Assembly: GCA_964459185.1 (NCBI GenBank) | Contig: CAYWKX010000001.1 | Coordinates: forward strand, 1-38,508 | Source of the DNA: an uncultured Muribaculaceae bacterium | Lineage (GTDB): Bacteria > Bacillota_I > Bacilli_A > RF39 > UBA660 | Reading direction: 5' to 3' | DNA: 38,508 nt | Part shown: piece after piece, positions 24,687 to 34,214 of the stretch | Position numbering within the stretch: the stretch's first letter is position 1 | How the letters are laid out: every line of letters begins with the position of its first letter | Notes under the pieces: model-generated | What the model saw: the letters and a program-made list of their open reading frames with translations, nothing else | Database searches by the model: none | What the model was told of the DNA's origin: nothing | Translations under genes and position numbers: made by a program

Positions 24687-26839
24687 CTCATTAACCTCTC
24701 AATTTTCTTAATAAATTTGAAATTAAGTAAATCATTACAATATTTTTCTAATTTATCTTTATTTTCTACCAAGACAGTTAATGAATATACTTTATATTCA
24801 CTCTTATTTAAAGTTGTAATACTATCAATTATTATATTATTAGTACTAGCTTTCGTAATAATATCCAATAAATTATCATATGTATCTGTATAAATAATAA
24901 TATCAGTCGGATATTTCTTATCTATTTTATCATTCCATTTAACATTAATTAATCTTTCCTCAATGTCTGCGATATTTTTACAACTACTTCGGTGAACAGT
25001 GATACCAGAACCTTTAGTAATATAACCAATAATATTATCACCAGGGATAGGTTTACAGCAACTACTTAAGGTAGACTTAATATTACCCAAATTTTCCACT
25101 AGCACATCATTTTTAACTGTAGTCATCTTAATAATTCTTTCATTAATATTATCAATAATACTCTTTTTTACCTGAGTTTTATTAACAATTTTAATTATAT
25201 TAAGAGGAATAAGTTTCCCGCTTCCTATACCAATATATAACTCATTCATATCTTTTAGTTTTAATTCATTTAGGATAAGTTCTATATTTTTATTACTTAA
25301 TACTTCAGAAATAATTAAATCTTGCTTTCTTATTTCCTTTTCTAGTAATTCAATTCCTTTATCTAGATAATCATCTTTTTCTAATCTAGTCCAAAAAGAT
25401 TTAATCTTATTACGAGCCCCAGTTGTAACTACAAAGTCTAACCAATCCCTATTTGGACCTTTAGAACCTTTATTGGTATTTACTTTTACAATATCTCCAG
25501 TTTGTAATTCATAATTTAAAGGAACAATCGTATCATTAACAATAGCCCCGACTAATTTATCCCCTATTTCACTATGAACACGGTAAGCAAAATCAACTGG
25601 AGTAGAACCAAAAGGTAATTCAATAACATCACCCTTTGGGGTATAAACATAAATTGCATCATTAGACAAAACTTCCTTTTTCACACTATTAACAAACTCT
25701 TCTGGAGTAGAAGTATCATCATTTAGTTCAATAATGCTTCTAAATATTTGTAATTTTTGTTCCATAATGTCTTTGGGAGAATTTTTCTTATTTTCTTTAT
25801 ATGACCAATGAGAGGCAATACCATATTCAGCTATATTATTCATATCATAAGTTCTGATTTGAATTTCAAATAATTCCCCATCAATACCAAATACTGTCGT
25901 ATGTAATGATTGATATAAATTAGTTTTAGGCATAGCAATATAGTCTTTAAATCTCTTCGGAACGGGTTTATATTTTGAATGAATTAAACCTAAAGCCAAA
26001 TAACATTCTTGTTCAGTATCCACTAAAACCCTTAAAGCTAAAATATCATATATATCATCAAATTTACGACCAGTTGCAAGTTTACTATATATACTATATA
26101 TACTCTTACTTCGACCTTTTATTTCATGTTTAATATTATGTTCTTTAAGTAAAGAAGATACTTCGTGTAGCATTTTACTGACAGCTTCATCTCGTTCTTT
26201 TTTCTTTAAATTCAGTTTTTCGACAACATCAAAATAAGCATCTGGTTTTAAATACCTTAAAGCTAAATCCTCTAATTCACTTTTAATTTTATATATACCT
26301 AATCGATGAGCAACAGGAGTTAATATTTCAAAGGTTTCTTTTGCTTTTTTCTTTTGTTTCTCTTCACTTAAAACATATAAACTCCTCATATTATGTAACC
26401 TATCTGCTAACTTAATGATAATAACCCTAACATCTTCAGATAAACCTACAAGAATCTTTCTTTGATTTGCTATAGCCTGATCGGAAGCATTAGAAAATTT
26501 TAGTTTATTAATCTTTGTAACCCCATCAACAAGTAAAGCAATTGTACTACCGAATTCCTTTTCTACTTCTTCTTTTGTACAATCAGAATCCTCAATTGTA
26601 TCATGAAGTAAAGCACCACATATAGCATAATAATCAGCATTAATCTCGGTTAAAATCAAAGCCACATTTAATGGATGTTGAATATAATCTTCCCCAGTAA
26701 TCCTCTTTTGGCTAAAATGCTTTCTTTCCGCAAAATCATAAGCCCTTTTAATTATTTTAAGCTCAACTGGATTATCATTATATATTTTTACTTTATTAAG
26801 TAAATCTTCAATTGTAACAATCTTGATTTCTTCTTCCAT
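24683..26839 (-). CDS. relA: bifunctional (p)ppGpp synthetase/hydrolase Rel (RelA/SpoT homolog)
   Basis: HD hydrolase domain (HPLNVALIL, LHDTIEDS), synthetase domain (RSKSIYSIYSKL, ALRVLV, YQSLHTTV), and TGS and ACT-like C-terminal domains. The product is 718 aa. Confidence 0.93.
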   Translation of the reverse strand: MEEEIKIVTIEDLLNKVKIYNDNPVELKIIKRAYDFAERKHFSQKRITGEDYIQHPLNVALILTEINADYYAICGALLHDTIEDSDCTKEEVEKEFGSTIALLVDGVTKINKLKFSNASDQAIANQRKILVGLSEDVRVIIIKLADRLHNMRSLYVLSEEKQKKKAKETFEILTPVAHRLGIYKIKSELEDLALRYLKPDAYFDVVEKLNLKKKERDEAVSKMLHEVSSLLKEHNIKHEIKGRSKSIYSIYSKLATGRKFDDIYDILALRVLVDTEQECYLALGLIHSKYKPVPKRFKDYIAMPKTNLYQSLHTTVFGIDGELFEIQIRTYDMNNIAEYGIASHWSYKENKKNSPKDIMEQKLQIFRSIIELNDDTSTPEEFVNSVKKEVLSNDAIYVYTPKGDVIELPFGSTPVDFAYRVHSEIGDKLVGAIVNDTIVPLNYELQTGDIVKVNTNKGSKGPNRDWLDFVVTTGARNKIKSFWTRLEKDDYLDKGIELLEKEIRKQDLIISEVLSNKNIELILNELKLKDMNELYIGIGSGKLIPLNIIKIVNKTQVKKSIIDNINERIIKMTTVKNDVLVENLGNIKSTLSSCCKPIPGDNIIGYITKGSGITVHRSSCKNIADIEERLINVKWNDKIDKKYPTDIIIYTDTYDNLLDIITKASTNNIIIDSITTLNKSEYKVYSLTVLVENKDKLEKYCNDLLNFKFIKKIERLMR

Positions 26840-26883
26840 ATTAACACTTCCTATATTAATTATATAACAAGATAATGTATTTT

Positions 26884-26909
26884 AAAAGTAAAATACATTA
26901 TTTTTAATA
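26884..26909. terminator. 11-bp palindromic hairpin between secDF and relA (possible terminator or attenuator)
   Basis: AATGTATTTTA, a 4-nt loop (AAAG), then TAAAATACATT. The T-run on the secDF sense strand is poor, so the function is uncertain. Confidence 0.4.
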
Positions 26910-26913
26910 ATAA

Positions 26914-29229
26914 CTAACAATTAATCCCTGGAACTTTAAACTCTTCAATATCATCTGTTTTTTTCTTTTTCTTTGGTTTTTTAATATTCCTAAGTTCCAA
27001 ATATAACCAAATTTGATTTGAGATAAAGATAGAAGAATATACTCCTACGATAAAACCTATAAATAATGCAATATTAAAATTAACTATTTCTTTAGCCCCC
27101 CAAGCTAGTAAACATATAACGGGTAAGATTGTAGTGGTACTAGTAAGAATACTTCTAAAGAATGTTAAACGAACAGCCTTATTTACAACCAATACCAAAT
27201 CCTTTGCATTAGTGACACTACTATTATATCCCTCTTTATATAAGGTTCTAATCATATCAAAGGTAACAATCGTATCATTAATTGAATATCCAATTATGGT
27301 TAGAATTGCTGCGATAAAGATAGAATTAATTTCTAAATTAGTGATACAAAAGAATAGTATAGTCATAATAACATCATGAATTAAAGCAATAATACCTCCG
27401 ACTGCATAATTTAGCTTAAATCTAACACTCACATAAATAACAATACCGATACTTGCAATTATTAATGATAAAATAGCATTTTTAATAAGCTCTTGTTTAA
27501 CTATTTGACTAACAACAAAAATATCACTATCAACTTCATATTTATCATTTAAATAAAAAGTAAGTTCTTTAATATCATCTTTATTTAACATTTCATTAAT
27601 ACTAATAGTTATTGTATCATTACTATTTTCGGTTTTTTTAATAGTATAATCTCTATTCTCTAAATCTATTTTTAAATTTTCTACTGAAGTATTTTTATTT
27701 TCTTCAATAGTTATACTAGTTCCCCCAGTAAAATCTACTCCAAAGTTAAATCCCTTAAATATTGATATGCCAGATCCCAAAACAATTATAAAAATAGTAA
27801 TTGATATAAAGTATTTAGCAGATTTAACAAACTCTAATTTCTGATAAGGGATAATTACCTTTTCCTGTTTTTTAATTTTTTTCTTATTTAGACCAATAAA
27901 GAACCAAAATTTATTATCAAAGAAATTAGTTTTAACAAATAATTTTAAAACATATTTCTCAAAGAAAACCATTATTAAAATAGTAACAATAATATTAATA
28001 ATTAACATAGTTGCAAATCCCTTAATTGAACTTTGTCCTAAAATAAATAATACCACCGCAATTATTAATGTTGTTATATTAGCATCAATAATACTAGAGA
28101 ATGATTCCTTATTACCAAGTTCAAAAGCTGTTTTTAAAGTTTTTCCTATCTTTAATTGATCTTTTATTCGTTCATAACTAATTACTGAGGCATCAACAGC
28201 CATTCCAATACCTAATAGCATGGCTGCAATTCCTGGTAAAGTTAAAACCCCATCAATCAAATAAAAGATAAAAAACGATAAAATTGTATATATGACAATA
28301 CACATACTAGCAATAAAACCACTAAATTTATAAATTGAAATCATTAAGGTTACTACTAAAATAACCCCAATTATACCCGCTAATAAAGTCTTATTTAAAG
28401 ATTTTTCACCATAAGTAGCAGCTACTGTACGAGAAGATATTTCCTCTAATTTTGTAGGTAAAGCACCTGAATTAATTAATTCTACTAAACTTTTAGCCTC
28501 TTCAATAGTAAAATTACCTTGTATAATAACATCAGATGCAAATGCTTCATTAACAGAAGCGGCTGATAAACATTTTGAATTAGATAAAGAGCCACAAATA
28601 GCCTTTTCTTTGCTATAACTATCCTCTTTTTCATCAAAATCTAACCAAATAACAATAATGTTATTTACCATATCTTTTACTTTATTAGTAACATTATAAA
28701 AAGTAGAAGTATCTTTTATTGATAGACTAACTGCTGGTTTTCCATAATTATCAGTTGCTATTTTAGCAGTACCACCCAATACATCAGAAGTCATTAATAA
28801 ATTATCATTATAATCTCTAAAGGTAAGTGCAGCGGTTGAAGAAATAATCTCCCTAGCCTCTTCTTTATTAGTAATACCCGCTAATTTCACCCTAATTTTA
28901 TCTTCACCTTCAATTGTAATCTCAGGTTCTGATACCCCTAATATATCAATCCTTTTTAGAATAGCCTTGTATGTATTATATACCATATCATTATTTAACT
29001 TACTATCATCTAATGGAGATAGTTTATATAATATTTCAAAACCACCTTGCAAATCTAAACCATAATTAATATTAGTGAATAATACTTTAGTTAAAAAGGC
29101 ACCCCCTATAATAATACTGAGACAACTAATAGTTCCCATTACCCATTTAATATTTTTCTTTTTTAATTTAATTGCCATAACTAGGCTTAATAAAAAAATT
29201 ACGGCAATAATTATCATTATAATATCCAT
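26914..29229 (-). CDS. secDF: fused protein-export membrane protein SecDF
   Basis: The 771-aa product has two 6-TM modules, each preceded by a periplasmic-type loop, plus SecD- and SecF-type motifs (GLDLQGG, GVDFTGGT). Confidence 0.9.
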   Translation of the reverse strand: MDIIMIIIAVIFLLSLVMAIKLKKKNIKWVMGTISCLSIIIGGAFLTKVLFTNINYGLDLQGGFEILYKLSPLDDSKLNNDMVYNTYKAILKRIDILGVSEPEITIEGEDKIRVKLAGITNKEEAREIISSTAALTFRDYNDNLLMTSDVLGGTAKIATDNYGKPAVSLSIKDTSTFYNVTNKVKDMVNNIIVIWLDFDEKEDSYSKEKAICGSLSNSKCLSAASVNEAFASDVIIQGNFTIEEAKSLVELINSGALPTKLEEISSRTVAATYGEKSLNKTLLAGIIGVILVVTLMISIYKFSGFIASMCIVIYTILSFFIFYLIDGVLTLPGIAAMLLGIGMAVDASVISYERIKDQLKIGKTLKTAFELGNKESFSSIIDANITTLIIAVVLFILGQSSIKGFATMLIINIIVTILIMVFFEKYVLKLFVKTNFFDNKFWFFIGLNKKKIKKQEKVIIPYQKLEFVKSAKYFISITIFIIVLGSGISIFKGFNFGVDFTGGTSITIEENKNTSVENLKIDLENRDYTIKKTENSNDTITISINEMLNKDDIKELTFYLNDKYEVDSDIFVVSQIVKQELIKNAILSLIIASIGIVIYVSVRFKLNYAVGGIIALIHDVIMTILFFCITNLEINSIFIAAILTIIGYSINDTIVTFDMIRTLYKEGYNSSVTNAKDLVLVVNKAVRLTFFRSILTSTTTILPVICLLAWGAKEIVNFNIALFIGFIVGVYSSIFISNQIWLYLELRNIKKPKKKKKTDDIEEFKVPGINC

Positions 29230-29230
29230 C

Positions 29231-29491
29231 TTATTCTACTAACTCCCTTTCTTCTTTCAATAATTTTTCTTTTAAAAAAGTATCCACTTTTTCTATCTCA
29301 ACATTAATAATATCATTAGTCATCTCAGAAATTGATAAATTATTATCATAACGCCATTTATTTAGTTTAAGATAATTCCAAATATCTTCTTTTTTTAAAT
29401 AAGAATATTTATTCCTAATTAATCTTATTTTAACATTAAAGGCTCCTTTTAAAGCTGCAAACAATTCTTCTTTTGTTTTATAATCATCCAT
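29231..29491 (-). CDS. post-transcriptional regulator ComN/YrzD family
   Basis: The 86-aa product contains ...EDIWNYLKLNKW...SEMTNDII. It sits between spoVB and secDF, as yrzD (comN) does in B. subtilis. Confidence 0.6.
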   Translation of the reverse strand: MDDYKTKEELFAALKGAFNVKIRLIRNKYSYLKKEDIWNYLKLNKWRYDNNLSISEMTNDIINVEIEKVDTFLKEKLLKEERELVE

Positions 29492-29589
29492 AATATCACC
29501 TGTATATAATTATATAACAAAAATAATTATTTGAAAAGTAAATGTCATGTTTTATTCATATAATTAAAACATATACTTTTTATAGGTGA

Positions 29590-30891
29590 ATGATGAAAAG
29601 TAAATTTATAAAATCAACCATTATCTTAATTATCGGTGGGGCTATATCTAAATTATTAGGTATGATTATAAAGATAATTTTAACTAGAACTATTTCCACT
29701 AAAGGTATAGGTTTATATATGTTGATTTTACCAACTTTTAATTTATTCATAACCTTATGTACTCTAGGTCTACCAATCTCTATTTCAAAATTAGTTAGTG
29801 AACAAAAAACCAACTCTAAAAAGTTAATTCTCTCGACGATTCCGGTTATTATTATATTTAATTTAATATTAATGTTAATTCTTTTTCTAATTGCTCCAAT
29901 TATTGCCAATAATTTACTTAAAAATTCTATTCTTTATCATCCAATTATTGCTATTGGATTAACCTTGCCTTTTATTTGCTTATCTTCAATTGTTAAAGGA
30001 TATTTCTTTGGTAAGGAAAGGACATTACCTAGTACTATTGCCACAATTATTGAGCAATTAATTAGACTTTTATTAACTTTATTTTATATTCCCAATCTTA
30101 TTATTTATGGTTTAGAAAAAGCAATCACCGGAGTAGTATTAATAAATATTGTTAGTGAACTTGCTTCATTTTTAATCTTAATTTTATTTTTACCTAAGAA
30201 TGAAAATATAAGTAAAAACGATTTCAGTTATAACAAAAAAATTATGAAAGATATCCTAAATATTGGTATACCCGCTACTTCATCAAGATTAATTGGATCG
30301 TTTATATATTTTTTAGAGCCTATTATATTAACCTATTGTCTTTTAAAAGTAGGATATTCCAATTCATTTATTACCTATGAATATGGAATAATTAATGGTT
30401 ATGTCTATCCCCTAGTATTAATGCCATCATTTTTTACTTTAGCTATCTCTAATGCCCTTCTTCCAAATATCTCAAATAGTTATGCTAGAGGTAATTATAG
30501 ATATGTCAAAAAAAAGATCAATCAAGCTATTACATTCTCTTTAATGATCGGTATTCCTATAACATTAATGTTTATTTTTATTCCGCAAATTCCTTTAAAA
30601 TTAATTTATAATAGTAACGAAGGTTTAAACTATATAAAAATAATTGCCCCTTTTTGTCTACTTTATTATATACAAACACCCTTAACTGCAGTATTACAAG
30701 CAATAAATAAGTCTAAGACTGCCATGTTGGGTACCATTTATGGATCAATCATTAGAACAATTATTCTATTTTCTCTTAGCTTATTAAAAGTACAATTATG
30801 GGGATTAATTATTGCTACTTTAAGTAATATTATCTTTGTAACTATTCAGCATATTTATTATGTAAATAAATATTTAAAAGATAAGTCATAA
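29590..30891 (+). CDS. spoVB: stage V sporulation protein B / MurJ-like MOP-superfamily flippase
   Basis: Polytopic membrane protein with the SpoVB/MurJ-type N-terminus (FIKSTIILIIGGAISKLLGMIIKIILTR). It is divergent from comN-secDF, as in Bacillus. At 433 aa it is shorter than the roughly 500 aa I expect for this family. Confidence 0.7.
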   Translation: MMKSKFIKSTIILIIGGAISKLLGMIIKIILTRTISTKGIGLYMLILPTFNLFITLCTLGLPISISKLVSEQKTNSKKLILSTIPVIIIFNLILMLILFLIAPIIANNLLKNSILYHPIIAIGLTLPFICLSSIVKGYFFGKERTLPSTIATIIEQLIRLLLTLFYIPNLIIYGLEKAITGVVLINIVSELASFLILILFLPKNENISKNDFSYNKKIMKDILNIGIPATSSRLIGSFIYFLEPIILTYCLLKVGYSNSFITYEYGIINGYVYPLVLMPSFFTLAISNALLPNISNSYARGNYRYVKKKINQAITFSLMIGIPITLMFIFIPQIPLKLIYNSNEGLNYIKIIAPFCLLYYIQTPLTAVLQAINKSKTAMLGTIYGSIIRTIILFSLSLLKVQLWGLIIATLSNIIFVTIQHIYYVNKYLKDKS

Positions 30892-30917
30892 AAAGAAATC
30901 TATTTAAGATTTCTTTT
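30891..30917. terminator. bidirectional hairpin between convergent spoVB and the M16 peptidase gene
   Basis: AAAAGAAATC (30891-30900) pairs with GATTTCTTTT (30908-30917). Confidence 0.6.
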
Positions 30918-32202
30918 CATCTTTTTTAGTTAAAATAACTTCAGTTTTATTTTTTAGATTTAAATTAGATATTAAATTCTTTAATTCCTCTATATTTAAA
31001 CCATTAATAATATCAATAATATTTTCTTCAATTTTATTTTCAAATAATATATTATCAATAATCATATCACTAACTATCTCTATATTTTCAAAACTAAATA
31101 TTTCATTACTAAGTAATACCTTTTTCTTTCTTTCTAAATCCTCTTCACTTATATCAACATTATCTAATACTCTATCTATTTCTCTAAATAATTCCTCATA
31201 CTTATTAGTTTTATTAATTAATGAAATTAATAAATGAGTATCACAATTTATAATATCAATAACTAACGAACTAGTAATTATCTTTTTATCTTTCATTTGT
31301 TCATCAAATAATGATGTTTCATCAAATAGACAAGAAAATAAGATGAACAAATATAAATTAAATTTCCTTTTACCCATTTTTTGATTAGAATAAGGTATCT
31401 TTAAGTTATAGGCTCCCCTTGAAACTTCAGTTTCAAAATAAGCAATATCCCTTTCCTTGGCTACTTTATCAGGTTCCTTAATATTATTTAATTTTATTGC
31501 CAATTCTTTTTTAAATTTCTTATTAGTCTGATTCTCTTTTATTAAATTAATAATTTTTTCATAATCAAAATTCCCCGTTACAATTAAAAACATATTAGAA
31601 GGATGATAAAAAGTATTATAACAAGTATATAATAATTCCTTATTAATATTATCAATATCTTCATTGGTACCAATAATACTTTCCTTAAAAGGATTATTTA
31701 TGAAAACACTATGCATAATTTTTTCATATAGAACATCATTAGGACGATCGTTACACATGCTTATTTCTCTTTTAATAATATCTTTTTCACTATTAACATT
31801 TTTATCAGTAAAATATGGAGATTGAACATAATCCAATAAAAATTTAATATTATCTTCTAGCTTATTAGGACCTGAAAATAAATATGTTGTATTTTTAAAA
31901 GTTGTATATGCATTAGCACTTGCTCCACTTTCTGCGAAGAAGTCCATTGGTTGTGGATCTTTTTTTTGAACAAAAACTTTATGTTCTAAAAAATGAGCAA
32001 TCCCATTAGGTACTCTTATCAATTCTTTTTCCCCAATTGGAACAAAAGAACTATATACAGAACCATACTTAGTTGTGAATGTCACATAATTATCATAATA
32101 ACCACTTTTAGGGTATAAATAAACATCCAATCCATTCTCTAATTTTTCATAATAAATAACTTCATCAATGTTATTTATCTTTATTATCTTCATGATAATC
32201 AC
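30904..32202 (-). CDS. M16 (pitrilysin) family zinc peptidase, catalytic subunit type (YmfH-like)
   Basis: Inverted zinc motif HFLEH (GIAHFLEHKVF) in a 432-aa product. It overlaps the upstream paralog. Confidence 0.8.
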   Translation of the reverse strand: MIIMKIIKINNIDEVIYYEKLENGLDVYLYPKSGYYDNYVTFTTKYGSVYSSFVPIGEKELIRVPNGIAHFLEHKVFVQKKDPQPMDFFAESGASANAYTTFKNTTYLFSGPNKLEDNIKFLLDYVQSPYFTDKNVNSEKDIIKREISMCNDRPNDVLYEKIMHSVFINNPFKESIIGTNEDIDNINKELLYTCYNTFYHPSNMFLIVTGNFDYEKIINLIKENQTNKKFKKELAIKLNNIKEPDKVAKERDIAYFETEVSRGAYNLKIPYSNQKMGKRKFNLYLFILFSCLFDETSLFDEQMKDKKIITSSLVIDIINCDTHLLISLINKTNKYEELFREIDRVLDNVDISEEDLERKKKVLLSNEIFSFENIEIVSDMIIDNILFENKIEENIIDIINGLNIEELKNLISNLNLKNKTEVILTKKDEKKS

Positions 32203-33457
32203 TCCCTTCCAAAACTAGCATCGTATAAGGAGTAACTTTTTTAGCTACATTGATGACATCAGTTATTGTTACTTTTGAGAAGTTTTTAATTCTCTGCTCG
32301 ATATTATCATTATTAACTAATATCATTGAATAATAAGTATTTATAATCGCATTCGGACTATCTGTTACCGATTTAAGTGAAGATATAACTCTTTCTTTTG
32401 CACTCTCAAAAATATCTTTACTAAATTTACCTTTACTTATATTAATTAGAGACTTTTTTACTAATTTTAAGACTTCTTCAGTATTCTCATTTTTTATTCC
32501 TGAATAAATAAGTAAAACATTATCATAAGCCATAACAACTGAATTGACAAAGTAAGCATATGATTTTTTCTCCCTAATTGTTTCAAATAATAAAGAACTA
32601 CTAAAACCTCCTAAAATCTCATTATATACTTTAATAACATATTTTCTTTCAAAATCAGTTAATTTATTTAAACTACACAATAAAGTAAAAATTGTTTGAT
32701 TAGCATTTTCAACTATTTTTACCTTATTTATCCTATTCTTAATATTTAATTCTTTAACAATTAAATCATCAGTACCTTTTTTAAATGTATCTATTTTAAA
32801 GTACTTACGAAATATTTCCTTTACTTCATATGATGAAATATCTCCAACAACAAAAATATCTACTAAATCCTTATCAATAATAGATTTATAATATTTATAC
32901 AAATTCTTTTCATCAATTTTATCTAAATCCTTAATATCTCCATATGGATTATATGAATATGCCTTATTTTTAGTAGTTTCTAATAACTTTCTCAAACTAT
33001 ATTTAGATTTATCATCTTTTTCAGATAAAATAACTTTTTTAAGTCTTTCTTTACATAAATCCAATTCACTTTTATTAAACATATTATTTTTAGCATTAGG
33101 GTTAAAAATTATATCTAATAAATAAAGTATACTTTCTCTATTTAATTTCTTTTTCGTATACTTTTCATTCAAAAATCTCACTTTAAAAGCTAATTCACTA
33201 TAATTACCAATCCTATTAATTTCACTAAATAGTTTTAAATCAAATAATTCCTCACTTCTTTTAATTAACTGCCTTTCACTTGGATAATTATTTGTAGAAT
33301 TTAGAAGGAGTATTTTTAATAAATTACGCATCGTTATTTCTTTACTATCAATTTTTCTTCTAAAAAATACCTCAACAGTAATAGATTTAAACTTAGTAGT
33401 TTTTATTAAATGGAGATTATATGAACCCATATTAAACATTTCATAATTCATAAACAT
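32171..33457 (-). CDS. M16 family peptidase paralog lacking the HxxEH motif (YmfF-like, probably non-catalytic partner)
   Basis: M16 size and fold-type sequence of 428 aa with no HxxEH motif. It is paired with, and overlaps, the catalytic paralog. Confidence 0.65.
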   Translation of the reverse strand: MFMNYEMFNMGSYNLHLIKTTKFKSITVEVFFRRKIDSKEITMRNLLKILLLNSTNNYPSERQLIKRSEELFDLKLFSEINRIGNYSELAFKVRFLNEKYTKKKLNRESILYLLDIIFNPNAKNNMFNKSELDLCKERLKKVILSEKDDKSKYSLRKLLETTKNKAYSYNPYGDIKDLDKIDEKNLYKYYKSIIDKDLVDIFVVGDISSYEVKEIFRKYFKIDTFKKGTDDLIVKELNIKNRINKVKIVENANQTIFTLLCSLNKLTDFERKYVIKVYNEILGGFSSSLLFETIREKKSYAYFVNSVVMAYDNVLLIYSGIKNENTEEVLKLVKKSLINISKGKFSKDIFESAKERVISSLKSVTDSPNAIINTYYSMILVNNDNIEQRIKNFSKVTITDVINVAKKVTPYTMLVLEGSDYHEDNKDK

Positions 33458-33488
33458 TCTCCTTTCTTTTAATTATTATATCATTTTT

Positions 33489-34199
33489 TCATAATTTTAA
33501 ACTAGTTTCCAATGCTAAAAATATCATGTTATTTAAAAATTTTTCCCTTTCCTCACTGGATAACTCATCAGAATAACAAAAAGAATTAGAAACCGTTAGT
33601 AAAGATGAAGCTTTTTTATTTAAAACTCTAGCATTGTTAAATAAAGCAAAAGTTTCCATTTCTACTCCTAAAACATTATATTTATTTACTACTTCAATAT
33701 AACTATTATTTTGTTCATAAAAAACATCTGAACAATAAATATTTCCTTTTCTTATAGTTATATTATGCTCCTTAGCAGTATCTTGGATTAACATATTTAA
33801 TTCATTATTACTAGCAATACTCTTTTCTTTATAATTATCTAAAAGTAAAGCATAGGTCGATTCACTAATGGAATTATCAACTAAAACAATATCCTGTAGT
33901 TTTAAATCACTTATATAACCTCCACAGGAACCTATTCTGATAATATTATCAACATTATATGATTTATATAATTCATATGAATAAATACCCATTGATGGAT
34001 TTCCCATTCCCGAAGGGAAAATAGTAATTAATTTATTCTTATAATAACCAGTATAAGCAATCATTCCTCTTACTCGATTAACTAATTTAGCCTTACTAAG
34101 AAAATTTTCAGCAATATATTGACATCTTTTTGGATCGCCGGGCATTAAAACTGTTTTAGCAATATCATTTTCATTACTTTCAATATGAGTAGTAGCCAT
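33489..34199 (-). CDS. deoD: purine nucleoside phosphorylase, DeoD type
   Basis: Motifs VLMPGDPKR, RIGSCGG and GVEMET in a 236-aa product. Confidence 0.88.
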   Translation of the reverse strand: MATTHIESNENDIAKTVLMPGDPKRCQYIAENFLSKAKLVNRVRGMIAYTGYYKNKLITIFPSGMGNPSMGIYSYELYKSYNVDNIIRIGSCGGYISDLKLQDIVLVDNSISESTYALLLDNYKEKSIASNNELNMLIQDTAKEHNITIRKGNIYCSDVFYEQNNSYIEVVNKYNVLGVEMETFALFNNARVLNKKASSLLTVSNSFCYSDELSSEEREKFLNNMIFLALETSLKL

Positions 34200-34214
34200 T
34201 ATTTCAACTCCTTT

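Noticed and set aside
26884-26909. The 11-bp perfect palindrome, together with the similarity between 26861-26909 and 29499-29548, might be inverted or direct repeats of a mobile element flanking secDF.
   Set aside because: The two similar segments are in direct orientation immediately upstream of gene starts, and they coincide with -10 and Shine-Dalgarno elements. secDF and the comN-like gene are core genes in conserved Bacillus-like order. I interpret the segments as related promoters or leaders.
29580-29909. 109-aa minus-strand ORF overlapping the spoVB start. The same assessment applies to the shadow ORFs at 6131-6337, 9328-9513, 9491-9706, 11202-11423, 11487-11723, 15961-16227, 17073-17294, 18474-18674, 20129-20341, 23799-24086, 24669-24893, 27134-27379 and 34930-35199.
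   Set aside because: All of these lie antisense to, or out of frame within, longer ORFs with clear conserved motifs. They lack Shine-Dalgarno sequences and have Ile/Leu/Phe/Asn-rich compositions expected from AT-rich non-coding frames.
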